A model generated the notes under the pieces. That model saw only the letters and a list, made by a program, of their open reading frames with translations, had not been told where the DNA came from and made no database searches. Below are positions 17,744 through 27,507 of a stretch of 64,000 nt of DNA, one piece after another. Source of the DNA: an uncultured Chloroflexia bacterium (lineage in GTDB: Bacteria > Chloroflexota > Limnocylindria > Limnocylindrales > CSP1-4). Numbering within the stretch: position 1 is the first letter of the stretch; each line of letters begins with the position of its first letter. The stretch covers positions 142,876 through 206,875 of the forward strand of contig OY969885.1 of NCBI GenBank assembly GCA_963704325.1. The letters run 5' to 3'. The position numbers and the translations under genes are program-made.

Positions 17744-19603
17744 TCAGGCGTTCAGCTCCGCGTGGATCCGCTCCGCGAGGCTGCGGCTGATCCCCGGCAC
17801 CGCGGCGATCTCATCGAGCGTCGCCGAGCGCATCTGGCGTGTCGAGCCGAACACGCGCAGCAGTGCCCGCTTGCGCGTAGGGCCCACGCCGGGCACCTCG
17901 TCGAGCACGGAGCGCGTCTGGCTCTTGGCGCGCAGCTTGCGGTGGTACGTGACGGCAAAGCGATGCGCCTCGTCGCGCAGCCGCTGGAGGAGGTACAGCG
18001 CCTGCGACGACGCCGGCAGCACCAGTGGCTGGGACACACCGGGCAGGAAGACCTCCTCGCGCTCCTTGGCCAGGCCGATGACCGGCAGGTCGTGCAGTCC
18101 GAGCTCGTCGAGCACCCCGCGCGCCGCGTTGGCCTGGCCCAGGCCGCCGTCGATCACAACGAGGTCGGGCAGCCGCCAGCGCAGCTCCTCGGCTACCCCC
18201 TCCTCCGCCTCGAGGGCGCGGTGGAACCGGCGACGCAGCACTTCGCGATGGCTGGCGTAATCGTCAGGGCGGCCCGGGGCAACGGCCGTGGTCCGCACTC
18301 GGAAGCGGCGGTACTCGCCGCTGCGCGGCCGGCCCTCTTCGAAGACGACCATGCTGCCCACCGTGTTAGTGCCCTGGATCGTTGAGATGTCGTAGCACTC
18401 GATGCGCATCGGCAGAGCCGCCAGGCCAAGCGCAGCGCCCAGCTCCTCGAGCGCGGCGAGGGTCTTGCCCTCGTCTGCCAGCCACTTCGCCTGCTCGCGC
18501 GCGAGGGTCTCGGCAGCGTTCCGCGCGGCGAGTGACATGAGCGCCCTGCCCTCGCCGCGCTGGGGCACGGCCAGGCTGGCGCGGCGACCGCGGCGCACGG
18601 CCAGGAACGCGGTCAGCTCATCAGCGTCGGGCAGCTTCAGCGGCACGAGGACGCGCGCCGGAATGGACTCCGTCGCCGCGTAGTACTGCTTGATGAACGC
18701 GGACAGGGCCTCCTCGTCCGGGCTGCTGCCCACGTTCTCGAGCAGGAAGATGTCGCGCGCAACGGTCGTGCCCTCGCGGATCGCGAACAGCTGGACGGCG
18801 GCCCCGTTACCCTGCCGCGCGAAGCCCAGGACGTCCAGCTCCGTGCGCGCGAAGGCGGCCATCTTCTGGCTCTCCATGGTCCGTTCCACCGCGCGCAGCT
18901 TGTCGCGCAGGTCAGCCGCGCGTTCGTAGTCCATCCGCTCGGACGCGGAACCCATCTCCTGGCGCAGCCGGCGCGCAACGAGCTCCTGGCGACCTTCGAG
19001 GAAATTCATGACCTGCTCGATATCGGCCCTGTACTCCTCCTTGGGAATGGCCTCGATGCACGGGCCCTGGCAGCGCTTGATGTGGTAGAGCAGGCACGGC
19101 CGGGGTAGGGCCCGCTTGCCCTCCTTGATGTCGATCGTGCACGTCCGGAACGGAAACAACCGGCGGATGAGGTTCATTGCCTCGTCCACGCTCGACGCCG
19201 ACGCGTAGGGACCGAAGTAGCGCGACCCGTCCTTGGGCAGCTTGCGCGTGCGCTCGATGCGCGGAAAGTCGTCGCCCAGCGTGACCTTGATGTACGGGTA
19301 GCTCTTGTCATCCTTGAGGCGCACGTTGAAGCGGGGCTGGTGGCGCTTGATGAGGGTCGCCTCCAGGAGCAGCGCCTCGCTGACCGTGTCGGTCACCGTG
19401 TACTCAACGTCCACGACGCGGTCCATGGCGGATTCGATACGCAGCGGCTGGGCGGCTCGGCTCTGCTGCCAGTACTGGCGCACGCGGCTGCGCAGACTCT
19501 GCGCCTTGCCCACGTAGAGCACGCGCCCGCGGTCGTCCTTGAGCAGGTACACGCCGGGCCTGGTGGGCAGCTTGGCCAGCGTCGCCTGGAGTTGCGGCGT
19601 CAT
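17744..19603 (-). CDS. uvrC: excinuclease ABC subunit C
   Basis: 619 aa; GIY-YIG N-term (PGVYLLKD..VLYVGKA), UvrB-binding and C-terminal HhH (VPGISRSLAERIHAELNA). Confidence 0.9.
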   Translation of the reverse strand: MTPQLQATLAKLPTRPGVYLLKDDRGRVLYVGKAQSLRSRVRQYWQQSRAAQPLRIESAMDRVVDVEYTVTDTVSEALLLEATLIKRHQPRFNVRLKDDKSYPYIKVTLGDDFPRIERTRKLPKDGSRYFGPYASASSVDEAMNLIRRLFPFRTCTIDIKEGKRALPRPCLLYHIKRCQGPCIEAIPKEEYRADIEQVMNFLEGRQELVARRLRQEMGSASERMDYERAADLRDKLRAVERTMESQKMAAFARTELDVLGFARQGNGAAVQLFAIREGTTVARDIFLLENVGSSPDEEALSAFIKQYYAATESIPARVLVPLKLPDADELTAFLAVRRGRRASLAVPQRGEGRALMSLAARNAAETLAREQAKWLADEGKTLAALEELGAALGLAALPMRIECYDISTIQGTNTVGSMVVFEEGRPRSGEYRRFRVRTTAVAPGRPDDYASHREVLRRRFHRALEAEEGVAEELRWRLPDLVVIDGGLGQANAARGVLDELGLHDLPVIGLAKEREEVFLPGVSQPLVLPASSQALYLLQRLRDEAHRFAVTYHRKLRAKSQTRSVLDEVPGVGPTRKRALLRVFGSTRQMRSATLDEIAAVPGISRSLAERIHAELNA

Positions 19604-19700
19604 CGGGCTCCGATGCTAGCGCGAGCCCGACCGGGCAAAGAGAAACGGCCCCGTCTTGCGACGGGACCGTTCTCCAATCAGCCTATTGGCCAGCGGCGAG

Positions 19701-21464
19701 TCAGCCGCCCGGGATCTGGACCAGCAGCAGCTGGCCGCCCTCCCGCTTGTACGTCCAGTCGATGCCGGACGGTGGATCGTTGAGGTCTGGTCCCGGAGCG
19801 ACGTCGACGAACAGGGTGTGCGCCTGGACATCGATCAGGAACATGCCCGGGCCGAACCACTTCGACACGTCGATGATGCCGCTCGCCTCCCAGGCACCCA
19901 TGTTGCCCGGTGTCGCCGAAGCGTCTTCATCTGTTGGACCTTCGTCGGCGCTCTGGTCGACCTCCAGGACAGGAGTCAGAAGGCTGGTGTCCAGGTTGTA
20001 CTGCCACACGCGGGCATTCACGCCGGCCGGGTCGCCGTCAGGGAACTGCTGACTGCTGCCCGGATCCTCCGTGATGTACAGGCCCTTGCGCGTCGTCTCG
20101 ACGTTGTCCGGCTGGCGAACCTCGGTCAGCGTCTTGGTCGGCATGTCGTCGCCTTCGATCAGGATCGAGAGCGAGGTGACGATCGTTGGGTCTTGCTTGT
20201 CGAGGACCATCTTCCAGATACGGCCATTTGTCGACTTGTAGGGCACAGGGTTGCCGTCCGAGTCACTGCCGGCGCTGTCCGCCGTGCCGCGGCCGCGACC
20301 GGAGTCGGCGATATAGACCACGTTGCGCATGCCGCGCCGTTGGTCGTAGGCCATGTCCTCCAGGCGCACGAAGGAGAAGACGTTATTGATGTCACTCCAG
20401 TGCTCCAGGACCCACTGCGGACCGTCCACGCCGGGACCGCTGGTCGCGCCCGGAGGACGCTGCCAGCCGCCGTCAGACGGGGGCTCCGGGTATGGGCCGC
20501 CGAATTCGGCGGGAACGTCCTCCGCCATCATGTCCGTCCCATCCGGGTTGCGGCCAGTGGCGATTTCCTTGGGAACCATGATGAACTGGCCGCTGACTGA
20601 CTGCGGCGCGCCGGTGTTGTTGAAGTCGTAGTAGTCGTCCACGGCGAGGTCGTCCGACACGAAGGCCCACAGGTCGCCTGTGTCGTTCCAGACGTCAGTG
20701 CCGCTGTCTGCGATGTACGAGTACAACTGCGACTGGTTGGGGCTGGTTACGAACGAGTCGTCGCCGGAAAGAACCACGGGATGGCCGTAACCCTTGAGCG
20801 CCAGCGAATTCTCGTGGTTGTGGCGACCCATGCCCCAGATGAACCGGTTGGTACCGCTCTTCAGGTCGCGTGCCACGACGGCGCCGATCTGCCGCGCGTT
20901 GTCGTCGCCTTCGGTCGCGGGCCACTGCAGGCCGGCCCGATTGACCCAGTCGACGCCCTCTTCGTTGGTCAACAGGATGTCGCGCGCGAAACCGTGAATG
21001 CGCGACGCAAGGAAGCTGGAGCACAGCCGGTGGTAGTCGTCGCCGTAGTTGATGATGTACTTCGCCCGCGTCACGTTGGCCGTGTTGCGATTGATGCGCA
21101 GCGCGCTGACGAGCGAGTCACTGAAGTCGTTCGTGTTGCCCGACGGCGACGATGTGCTGTACGGGAACGGCACCGTCGAGGTTTCGTGATTGATGAATAC
21201 ATCCACCGAGCGGCTGTCACGGGCAAGCACCGCGATACCGTCCGGAATTGCCTCGAACAGGTAGCTGCCGAGCTGGTCGCCGACCGTGATGATCGCCTTG
21301 ACCGAGCCGCCGGACAGGTTCGTGATCATTGGATCCTCGCCGGTCAGGAACGAGAATTCAGGCTCCCGGGCCGCCAAAGGTGACGCCGTGGCCGCGATTA
21401 CCAGGGCCGCGGCGATCGGGATCAGCGCCCGTCGCCGGCCAAGAGTCCGCCCACCAGAAGGCAT
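19701..21464 (-). CDS. secreted PhoX-like (DUF839 family) beta-propeller protein, Tat signal
   Basis: 587 aa; N-terminal RRRALIPIAAALVIAATASPLAA twin-arginine signal; large all-beta body; family call from memory only. Confidence 0.5.
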   Translation of the reverse strand: MPSGGRTLGRRRALIPIAAALVIAATASPLAAREPEFSFLTGEDPMITNLSGGSVKAIITVGDQLGSYLFEAIPDGIAVLARDSRSVDVFINHETSTVPFPYSTSSPSGNTNDFSDSLVSALRINRNTANVTRAKYIINYGDDYHRLCSSFLASRIHGFARDILLTNEEGVDWVNRAGLQWPATEGDDNARQIGAVVARDLKSGTNRFIWGMGRHNHENSLALKGYGHPVVLSGDDSFVTSPNQSQLYSYIADSGTDVWNDTGDLWAFVSDDLAVDDYYDFNNTGAPQSVSGQFIMVPKEIATGRNPDGTDMMAEDVPAEFGGPYPEPPSDGGWQRPPGATSGPGVDGPQWVLEHWSDINNVFSFVRLEDMAYDQRRGMRNVVYIADSGRGRGTADSAGSDSDGNPVPYKSTNGRIWKMVLDKQDPTIVTSLSILIEGDDMPTKTLTEVRQPDNVETTRKGLYITEDPGSSQQFPDGDPAGVNARVWQYNLDTSLLTPVLEVDQSADEGPTDEDASATPGNMGAWEASGIIDVSKWFGPGMFLIDVQAHTLFVDVAPGPDLNDPPSGIDWTYKREGGQLLLVQIPGG

Positions 21465-21674
21465 GTACCAACCTCCACTCGCGCTCGCGGGTTACGCGGC
21501 ACGATCCTCCCCGCCAGGTGGTCGGATCGAGCGGGACTGGGTGCTCGACCGGCACTGACCGCGACAGACTACGCCCACTGGACGCCGCTGTGAACCGGCC
21601 TTTTGCGCGCCGTTGAGCGACACGAAAGAGGCCGGACCTTGCGGTCCGGCCTCCGATTGCGTCCCTATGGAGCG

Positions 21675-23438
21675 CTAGTTCAGGCGAGTGATCCGGTTCT
21701 GCGGTCCCGGGGCAACCGGGGAGTTCGCCCCGAAGTACGTGACGAGCACGTCCAGGTCGATCTCTCCGCCGAGCGGGTTGGTGCAGCCCGTGAAGACGCT
21801 GAAACCGTCGCCGCCGGTTGCGAGGAAGTTGTTCAGCGCAACACGGTACGGCGCGAGGGCCGCGATCGGTGTGCCGCCGATCTTGATCGACGCGATGTCG
21901 ACCCGGTTCCCGATCGGAGCAGCCGCGTCCCACGTGTATGTGAAGCCAGCCGGCACCTGCAGGATCGTCCTGGTCTCCGTCGACGGATCGGTCGGCGTCG
22001 GCGTCCGTGGACGGAACTGCTGCTCGAGCAAGGCGTCGATCTGGGCGCCGGTGCACGTCATGACCGTCATCACGTTGCTGAACGGCTGGACCGAGAACGC
22101 CTCTCCATAAGTGATCTGACCCGGAGCCTCGCCACCGGCCGAGGTCGCGTAGAACAGACCGCCGTTACGGATGCCACCGGGGTTCATGAACGCGACAACC
22201 GCGCCGCCAAACGCAGCCGGCGCCGTCGCGGCGAGCTGCGCGTCGGCGATCACGTCGCCGGCCGCGGACTCGCCGGCCGAATTACTCACCGAGGTGATGT
22301 CGCCGGTGATCGAGCCGATGATTCGGTTCGAGAGGGGGGCGACCAGCGTCTGGTACTTGCCGACCAGGCCAGTCAGGGCGGGCGCCTTGGCGACGTCGCG
22401 CGAGACCGGAACGTTGTTCACGCTCGCCGCCACGACATCCTTGGTTGCCCGGCTGATGGTCAGGTCGATGTCTGTCACGACGCGCCCGTTGGAGGCGGCG
22501 CCGGTGACGATCTTGCCATCGAGCACACAGTTGACGGCCCAGTTGGTGTGGCCGGTGATGACCACGTCGATCTCGTCATCCATCGCGTCGACGATGGGCG
22601 GGATGGCGCCGGCCGGATTGGCGCACTGGTTGATGTTGGCCGCACCGGCGCCGGCGCCGTTGCCGGCGGTGCTCGTCGTGCCACCCTCGTGGAGCAGGAC
22701 GATGATCGTTTCAACGTTCTGCTTCTTGAGCTCGGCTACGGCGGCGTTGGCCGTCGCGGCCTCGTCGAGGAAGTCGACGGTCTGGATGCCGGCCGGGGTG
22801 ACGATCTGCGGCGTGCCCTCGAGGGTCATGCCGATGATGCCGACCTTGACGCCATTGAAGTGGTGGATCGAATAGGGCGCAAAGATTGTCTCGCCGTTCG
22901 ACTTGTACTTCACATTGGCGGCCAGGAACTGGAAGTCGGCGCCGTCGAACGGATCGCCGTCCTCGCAGCCGTCGACCGGGTGGCAGCCACCGTTCTGCAT
23001 GCGCAGCAGCTCGTCTACGCCCTCGTCGAACTCGTGGTTGCCGACGCCGTTGTAGTCGAGGTCCATCAAATTGAAGGCCTCAATCGTGGGCTCGTCATGG
23101 AACAACGCCGAGATGAGCGGAGTGGCTCCGATCAGGTCGCCGGCCGAAACGAAGAGCGTATTCGGGTTGGTTGCGCGCAGCGCGTTGACATGGGTCGCCA
23201 GGTACTCCACGCCGCCGAACTCGGGCGTGCCGGAGGGTCCAAGGCGACCGGCCGAGCCGCCCGGCGGCTCGATCGCTCCGTGGAAGTCGTTGAGGCCCAA
23301 GATCTGAACCTTTGTCGTCTGGGCATTCTTCTCTGCCTTGCCGCCGGCGGGCGGCTTGGCGATCGTCGCCGGTACGAGCAGCACGAACGCCGCGCATAGC
23401 GCGACGATCGTAAACAGTGAGCGACGGCGCGCGTGCAC
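21675..23438 (-). CDS. secreted bifunctional 5'-nucleotidase / metallophosphoesterase (UshA/YfkN family)
   Basis: GLNDFHG, GNHEFD, IGMT, LLHEG metallophosphatase motifs plus 5'-nucleotidase C-terminal domain; signal peptide RRRSLFTIVALCAAFVLLVPATIA; start taken at GTG 23438. Confidence 0.75.
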   Translation of the reverse strand: MHARRRSLFTIVALCAAFVLLVPATIAKPPAGGKAEKNAQTTKVQILGLNDFHGAIEPPGGSAGRLGPSGTPEFGGVEYLATHVNALRATNPNTLFVSAGDLIGATPLISALFHDEPTIEAFNLMDLDYNGVGNHEFDEGVDELLRMQNGGCHPVDGCEDGDPFDGADFQFLAANVKYKSNGETIFAPYSIHHFNGVKVGIIGMTLEGTPQIVTPAGIQTVDFLDEAATANAAVAELKKQNVETIIVLLHEGGTTSTAGNGAGAGAANINQCANPAGAIPPIVDAMDDEIDVVITGHTNWAVNCVLDGKIVTGAASNGRVVTDIDLTISRATKDVVAASVNNVPVSRDVAKAPALTGLVGKYQTLVAPLSNRIIGSITGDITSVSNSAGESAAGDVIADAQLAATAPAAFGGAVVAFMNPGGIRNGGLFYATSAGGEAPGQITYGEAFSVQPFSNVMTVMTCTGAQIDALLEQQFRPRTPTPTDPSTETRTILQVPAGFTYTWDAAAPIGNRVDIASIKIGGTPIAALAPYRVALNNFLATGGDGFSVFTGCTNPLGGEIDLDVLVTYFGANSPVAPGPQNRITRLN

Positions 23439-23623
23439 CGTTGCCCTGGATGCGTTCACGTGTAGAAGACCCTCCCCTTCGGCGCCCTGTAGCTGGGGTG
23501 ACCGGGCGCAACAGGCCCATGGTAGTGGCCACCTCAAGCTCGGGGCGGCTGGACGCTGGCGGCAATGACCCTCGATAAGCGCCCGGCAACCGGCAGGTAA
23601 GCGTCCCCGCTCAGGATTGCCGG

Positions 23624-25263
23624 GTGAGCCTCCATCCCGCAGTCGAAGAGCGCCTGGCGAGGCTGGCGCCTGACCAGCGCGCGGCCGCCACCGCCCCGCC
23701 CGGCCCGGTCCTGTGCGTGGCGCCAGCGGGATCCGGCAAGACGACCACGCTCGTGGCGCGCGTCTGCTGGCTGGTGGCGACGGGGACGGAACCGCGCCGG
23801 ATCACGGCAGTGACGTTCAACAAGCGCGCCGCGGACGAGCTCGGTGAGCGACTGACGGCCGCGCTCTTGCCGCTCGGCGTGGCCGGCGACAGATCTCCCG
23901 CGAGTGCGCACCTTTCACGCGCTGGGTCGCGAGATCCTGACCGACGCCGGCATCAGCGTCGCCAATCTCGTCGATCGGGCGGAGGCACTGACGACCATTG
24001 CCGGCAAGCGCCAGTCAGCCGCGCGGCTCAGGCAGCTGGACGACGCCTTTTCGCGGCTGAAGCTCGATCTGCGCCTGGACGCGGCGTCGGTCGAGCGTTC
24101 AATCGGCGCGCGGCGAAACCGGGCGAACTGGGAGAGATCGACGATGACGTTCTACGAGGCATTCGTCGACTACGAGCGCTGGCTGACCGCCAACGACGCC
24201 CTCGACTTCGACGACCTGGTCGGCCGAGCGCTGGGCCAGTTGCACGGCAACGCTGAACTGCTCGACCGCTGGCAGGAGCGATGCCGAAACGCTGCTGGTC
24301 GACGAGGTGCAGGACGTCGACCGCACCCAGCTGGAGCTGGCCGTGGCGCTCACCGGCGAGCGCCGCAACATCTTCCTCGTGGGCGATGACGACCAGACGA
24401 TCTACGCCTGGCGCCTGGCCGACGTCCGTCGGGTCTTGAACCTGGCCGGCTCCTTGCCCGGGCTCGAGCGAGTCCAGCTGGTCACCAACTACCGCTGTCC
24501 GCGGCCCGTCGTGGAGCGCGCGGTGCGCCTGGTGGAGGTCAACCGCGAGCGTTTCGCCAAGGGAATTCGGGCACGGCCAACGGCACCCGGCGACCTGCGG
24601 CTGGCGCCCGACACGGGCGACGAGCTTGCTCGAGCGCGCGTGCTCCTGGCACGCTGGTACGGCCGCGACGACGGCAACTACGCAGTGCTGGCGCGGACAA
24701 ATGCGCAGCTCGCTCCGTTCGCCGCACTGGCGCTAGCTCAGCAAATCCCCTACCACGCCGCGGACGACGGGCTACTGCTGGACCATCCGAAGCTCGACCG
24801 GATGCTTGAAGAAGTTGAGCAGCATCCCGCGGTGCCGCCATGGGTGACGTGCGCTCGGATGGAGCGCGGCGGCGCCGTCGCTCGCGCGCTGGCAACCTGG
24901 TCGATCGGACTGCCCGGCGGGCAAACCCTGCGCACGGCAGTCACGCAGGCGCGCTCGATCCGCACGGAGCTGCGCCGCGCCGACGCGCGCCTGGTCCTGG
25001 CCACGGTGCACGGAACCAAGGGCCTCGAATTCGACCACGTTGCCTGCATCGGCATGGACGACGGCGTGTTCCCCAGCCGGCGCACGCTGGAGGAGTCACC
25101 CGATCCGCACCGGGCGCTGGAGGAGGAGCGCCGGCTGGCCTATGTCGCCTGGACCCGCGCCCGGCGCTCACTCGTGCTGGTCTACGACCCGCAGGCTCCG
25201 TCCATCTTCATGCGCGACGCTTTCAGTGACGCGGAGCTGGGCGTACGCCAGGAGCCCGGCTAG
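23624..25263 (+). pseudogene. UvrD/PcrA-family SF1 DNA helicase split into three ORFs by two frame changes
   Basis: ORF1 23624.. (PAGSGKTTTLVARV...ITAVTFNKRAADELGERL), ORF2 23904.. (VRTFHALGREIL...ALDFDDLVGRALGQL...ELLDRWQERC), ORF3 24307.. (LLVDEVQDVDRTQ...FLVGDDDQTIYAWR...VTNYRCPRPVVE...LATVHGTKGLEFDHV...RLAYVAWTRAR) are consecutive helicase segments in frames +1/+2/+3; junctions ~23885-23903 and ~24272-24290. Confidence 0.75.
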
Positions 25264-25721
25264 CGGTTGCGGCGCAGGTCGACCGAGAAGTCGACCACGG
25301 CCCGCAGTTGCGACAGCGCCTCGCCCCAACCCTCGAGGCATTCTCCGTACGCGTCGAGCACGCCCGGCTTGGAGAGGTCGAACGGGCCGTCCTCCAGCGT
25401 CAGCAGGGTCCCGTAGCCGCGCGGAGCGAGCGTCACGGTGGCGACCGTCACCAACGATTGATCGTCCAGCCAAGGCCAGCGGAACTGGAAGCGAGTGTCT
25501 GGCTGGGCCTCCAGCACGTCCCACCACACGCGCTGATCGGGGAAGACGAGCGTGCTGCGCATGCCGGGCGCGAGCGAACCTTCGACCCGGTCGGGAAACC
25601 ACTCACTCAGCGCCTCGGGCGCCGACCAGGCTCTGTAGACGCGGTACGGCTCAGCGTCCAGGCGGCGCTGGACACGCACCGTGCGCACCGGATCGGGCAC
25701 GGACGACTCTGAGAACGTCAC
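25260..25721 (-). CDS. SRPBCC-superfamily (AHSA1/polyketide-cyclase-like) protein
   Basis: 153 aa; RVYRAWSAPEALSEWF...GG, typical Activator-of-Hsp90-ATPase-homologue/SRPBCC signature. Confidence 0.6.
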   Translation of the reverse strand: MTFSESSVPDPVRTVRVQRRLDAEPYRVYRAWSAPEALSEWFPDRVEGSLAPGMRSTLVFPDQRVWWDVLEAQPDTRFQFRWPWLDDQSLVTVATVTLAPRGYGTLLTLEDGPFDLSKPGVLDAYGECLEGWGEALSQLRAVVDFSVDLRRNR

Positions 25722-26311
25722 AGGCCCAGGTCGCTGCGGACAGTCTTGAGCCCCTCGATGACGTTGGCCACGTGCGTGTCGAACTCCACGCCGATCTCCT
25801 GCGCCCCCTTGGTCAGCTGGTCACGCGGCACCTGGCGTGCGAAGCCCTTGTCCTTCATCTTCTTGGTCACCGCGCGCAGGTCCACCTCGTCCAGGCTGCG
25901 GTTGGGCCGAACGAGAGCAACGGCAATGACGAAGCCGCTCATCTCGTCACAGGCATATACCGTCCTGGCCAGGTCCGTCTCACGCGCGATGCCGGTGTGA
26001 TCGCCGTGGCCCAGCACGGCCTGGACGAGCTCATCCGGGTAGCCACGCCGGCGCAGCTCGTCCGCGCCTGCGAGCGGGTGCTCATCCGGGAAGCGCTCGT
26101 AGTCGAAGTCGTGCAGCAGGCCGGCAGAGCTCCACGTGTCGACCATCCCATCCGGTACATGGAAGTGGTGCCGGGCGTACCAGGTCACCGCGCCCTCCAC
26201 GGCCCGGCCGTGCTTGCGCAGCGCGTCGCCCTGGGTCCACTCGCACAGCAGCGCCCACGAGTCGTCGCGCGTCGGCCCGCCGGTTGTTGTCGCCGCGCCA
26301 CGATCGCTCAC
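25718..26311 (-). CDS. HD-domain phosphohydrolase
   Basis: AGLLHDFDYERFPDEHPLAGADELRRRGYPDELVQAVLGHGDH...VYACDEMSGFVIAVALVRP; GTG start at 26311 overlapping dedA stop (GTGA); upstream Arg-rich 75 aa of ORF rejected. Confidence 0.7.
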   Translation of the reverse strand: MSDRGAATTTGGPTRDDSWALLCEWTQGDALRKHGRAVEGAVTWYARHHFHVPDGMVDTWSSAGLLHDFDYERFPDEHPLAGADELRRRGYPDELVQAVLGHGDHTGIARETDLARTVYACDEMSGFVIAVALVRPNRSLDEVDLRAVTKKMKDKGFARQVPRDQLTKGAQEIGVEFDTHVANVIEGLKTVRSDLGL

Positions 26312-26988
26312 GTCGGTGGCTCGTCCGGCGTCGCGCGGATTGCGCCCTGCCTGCCGCGCGACCGGATCCGAGCGTGGACCTCCTCGCGGTTGCTGCGGTA
26401 GACGTGGAAGGCCGTGGGCAGGATGGACAGGCCGACGACCACGGCGATGATCACGTACAGGTAGCGGTCGAGCACCTCGGCCGGTATGACGCTGCCCAGC
26501 GCGTATCCGGCAAGCGGCACACCGATCGCCCACAGCAGGCCGCCGGTGATGTTGAAGACCGCGAAGCGCCGATAGGGCATGTGCGCCGTGCCCGCCACGA
26601 TCGGCGCGAAGGTGCGCACGAAAGGCAGGAAGCGGGCAATCACGATCGTCTTGCCGCCGTGCTTCTCGTAGAACGCCTCCGCTGCGCGCAGGTGGCTCTG
26701 GCGGAAGAGGCGCGAGTCAGGCCTCTCGTATAGCCGCCGACCGACGCGCTGGCCGAACCAGTAGCCCACTGCATCGCCGGTCACCGCAGCCACGAAACAG
26801 ACCGCGCACACCAGCCAGATCGGGAACTGGACGGGGTTCGCGGCTGAGATGACGCCAGCGGTCAGGAGCAGGCTGTCGCCGGGCAGGAAGAAGCCGATCA
26901 GCAGACCGGATTCGGCGAACACGATCACGAACAGGCCGATCAGCCCAACGGCCAGGATGAGCTGCTCCAGGTCTACTCCGGGAAGCAT
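26308..26988 (-). CDS. dedA: DedA/VTT-family membrane protein
   Basis: 226 aa; GFFLPGDSLLLTAGVISAANPVQFPIWLV...FLPFVRTFAPIVAGTAHMPYRRF, conserved DedA motifs. Confidence 0.8.
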   Translation of the reverse strand: MLPGVDLEQLILAVGLIGLFVIVFAESGLLIGFFLPGDSLLLTAGVISAANPVQFPIWLVCAVCFVAAVTGDAVGYWFGQRVGRRLYERPDSRLFRQSHLRAAEAFYEKHGGKTIVIARFLPFVRTFAPIVAGTAHMPYRRFAVFNITGGLLWAIGVPLAGYALGSVIPAEVLDRYLYVIIAVVVGLSILPTAFHVYRSNREEVHARIRSRGRQGAIRATPDEPPT

Positions 26989-26992
26989 GCTG

Positions 26993-27463
26993 CTACGCCT
27001 GGCCGGTGGGCGGCGGGAAGGGCGGGTCGGCCGCTGCCTGGCGCTGGCCCGAGCCCTTGGCCTGTTGGCGCTCTTCGAGCACGAGCGGCAGCCGCTTGCG
27101 TTCCGACCCGTCGACGAGGATGCGGATCGAGTAATCGCCCGGCGTTGGGAAGCTCAGGTTCCACATGTCCAGGCTGAAGGTCAGGATGCTGTCGCGGCCG
27201 TCCGCCGGGCCGTTGGCAAGCACCTTGGCCGTGGAGTTGGACAGCTGCTGCCCGTCCGGGGTCAGGAGCACGAACTTGAGCTCGTGCTCCGCGCCGAACT
27301 CGGGCGCCGTGACCGTGAGGCCACACACCAGCGCGAGATGTGGGTGGCGCAACGGGAACTTGGGCCCGCCCAGGCGCGATACGCCGCCGCCGATGACGGC
27401 GAACTTCTGGCCCGGCCGGGCATCGGCCGCGTCGGCCAGGAAGGCGTACTCGATATCGGGCAT
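26993..27463 (-). CDS. hypothetical protein
   Basis: 156 aa, good start context, first gene of apparent operon hyp-dedA-HD-SRPBCC; no recognisable motif; Pro/Gln-rich C-tail. Confidence 0.4.
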   Translation of the reverse strand: MPDIEYAFLADAADARPGQKFAVIGGGVSRLGGPKFPLRHPHLALVCGLTVTAPEFGAEHELKFVLLTPDGQQLSNSTAKVLANGPADGRDSILTFSLDMWNLSFPTPGDYSIRILVDGSERKRLPLVLEERQQAKGSGQRQAAADPPFPPPTGQA

Positions 27464-27507
27464 CGAGGCTAGTCTACGTTCGAGACAGGAACGGCGAGCA
27501 TGTCGCC

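Noticed and set aside
15279-18260. 993-aa plus-strand ORF spanning secF, secD and uvrC
   Set aside because: It lies antisense to three conserved minus-strand genes. The translation is Arg/Ala/Ser-rich low complexity without domains. It is a classic GC-rich shadow ORF.
21603-23399. 598-aa plus-strand ORF
   Set aside because: It is antisense to the 5'-nucleotidase gene, Arg/Gly/Asp-rich, and has no motifs.
23891-23896. AGATCT (BglII) site exactly at the first helicase frameshift junction
   Set aside because: A single hexamer in a 64-kb GC-rich sequence is expected by chance. There is no vector-like flanking sequence or other sign of engineering.
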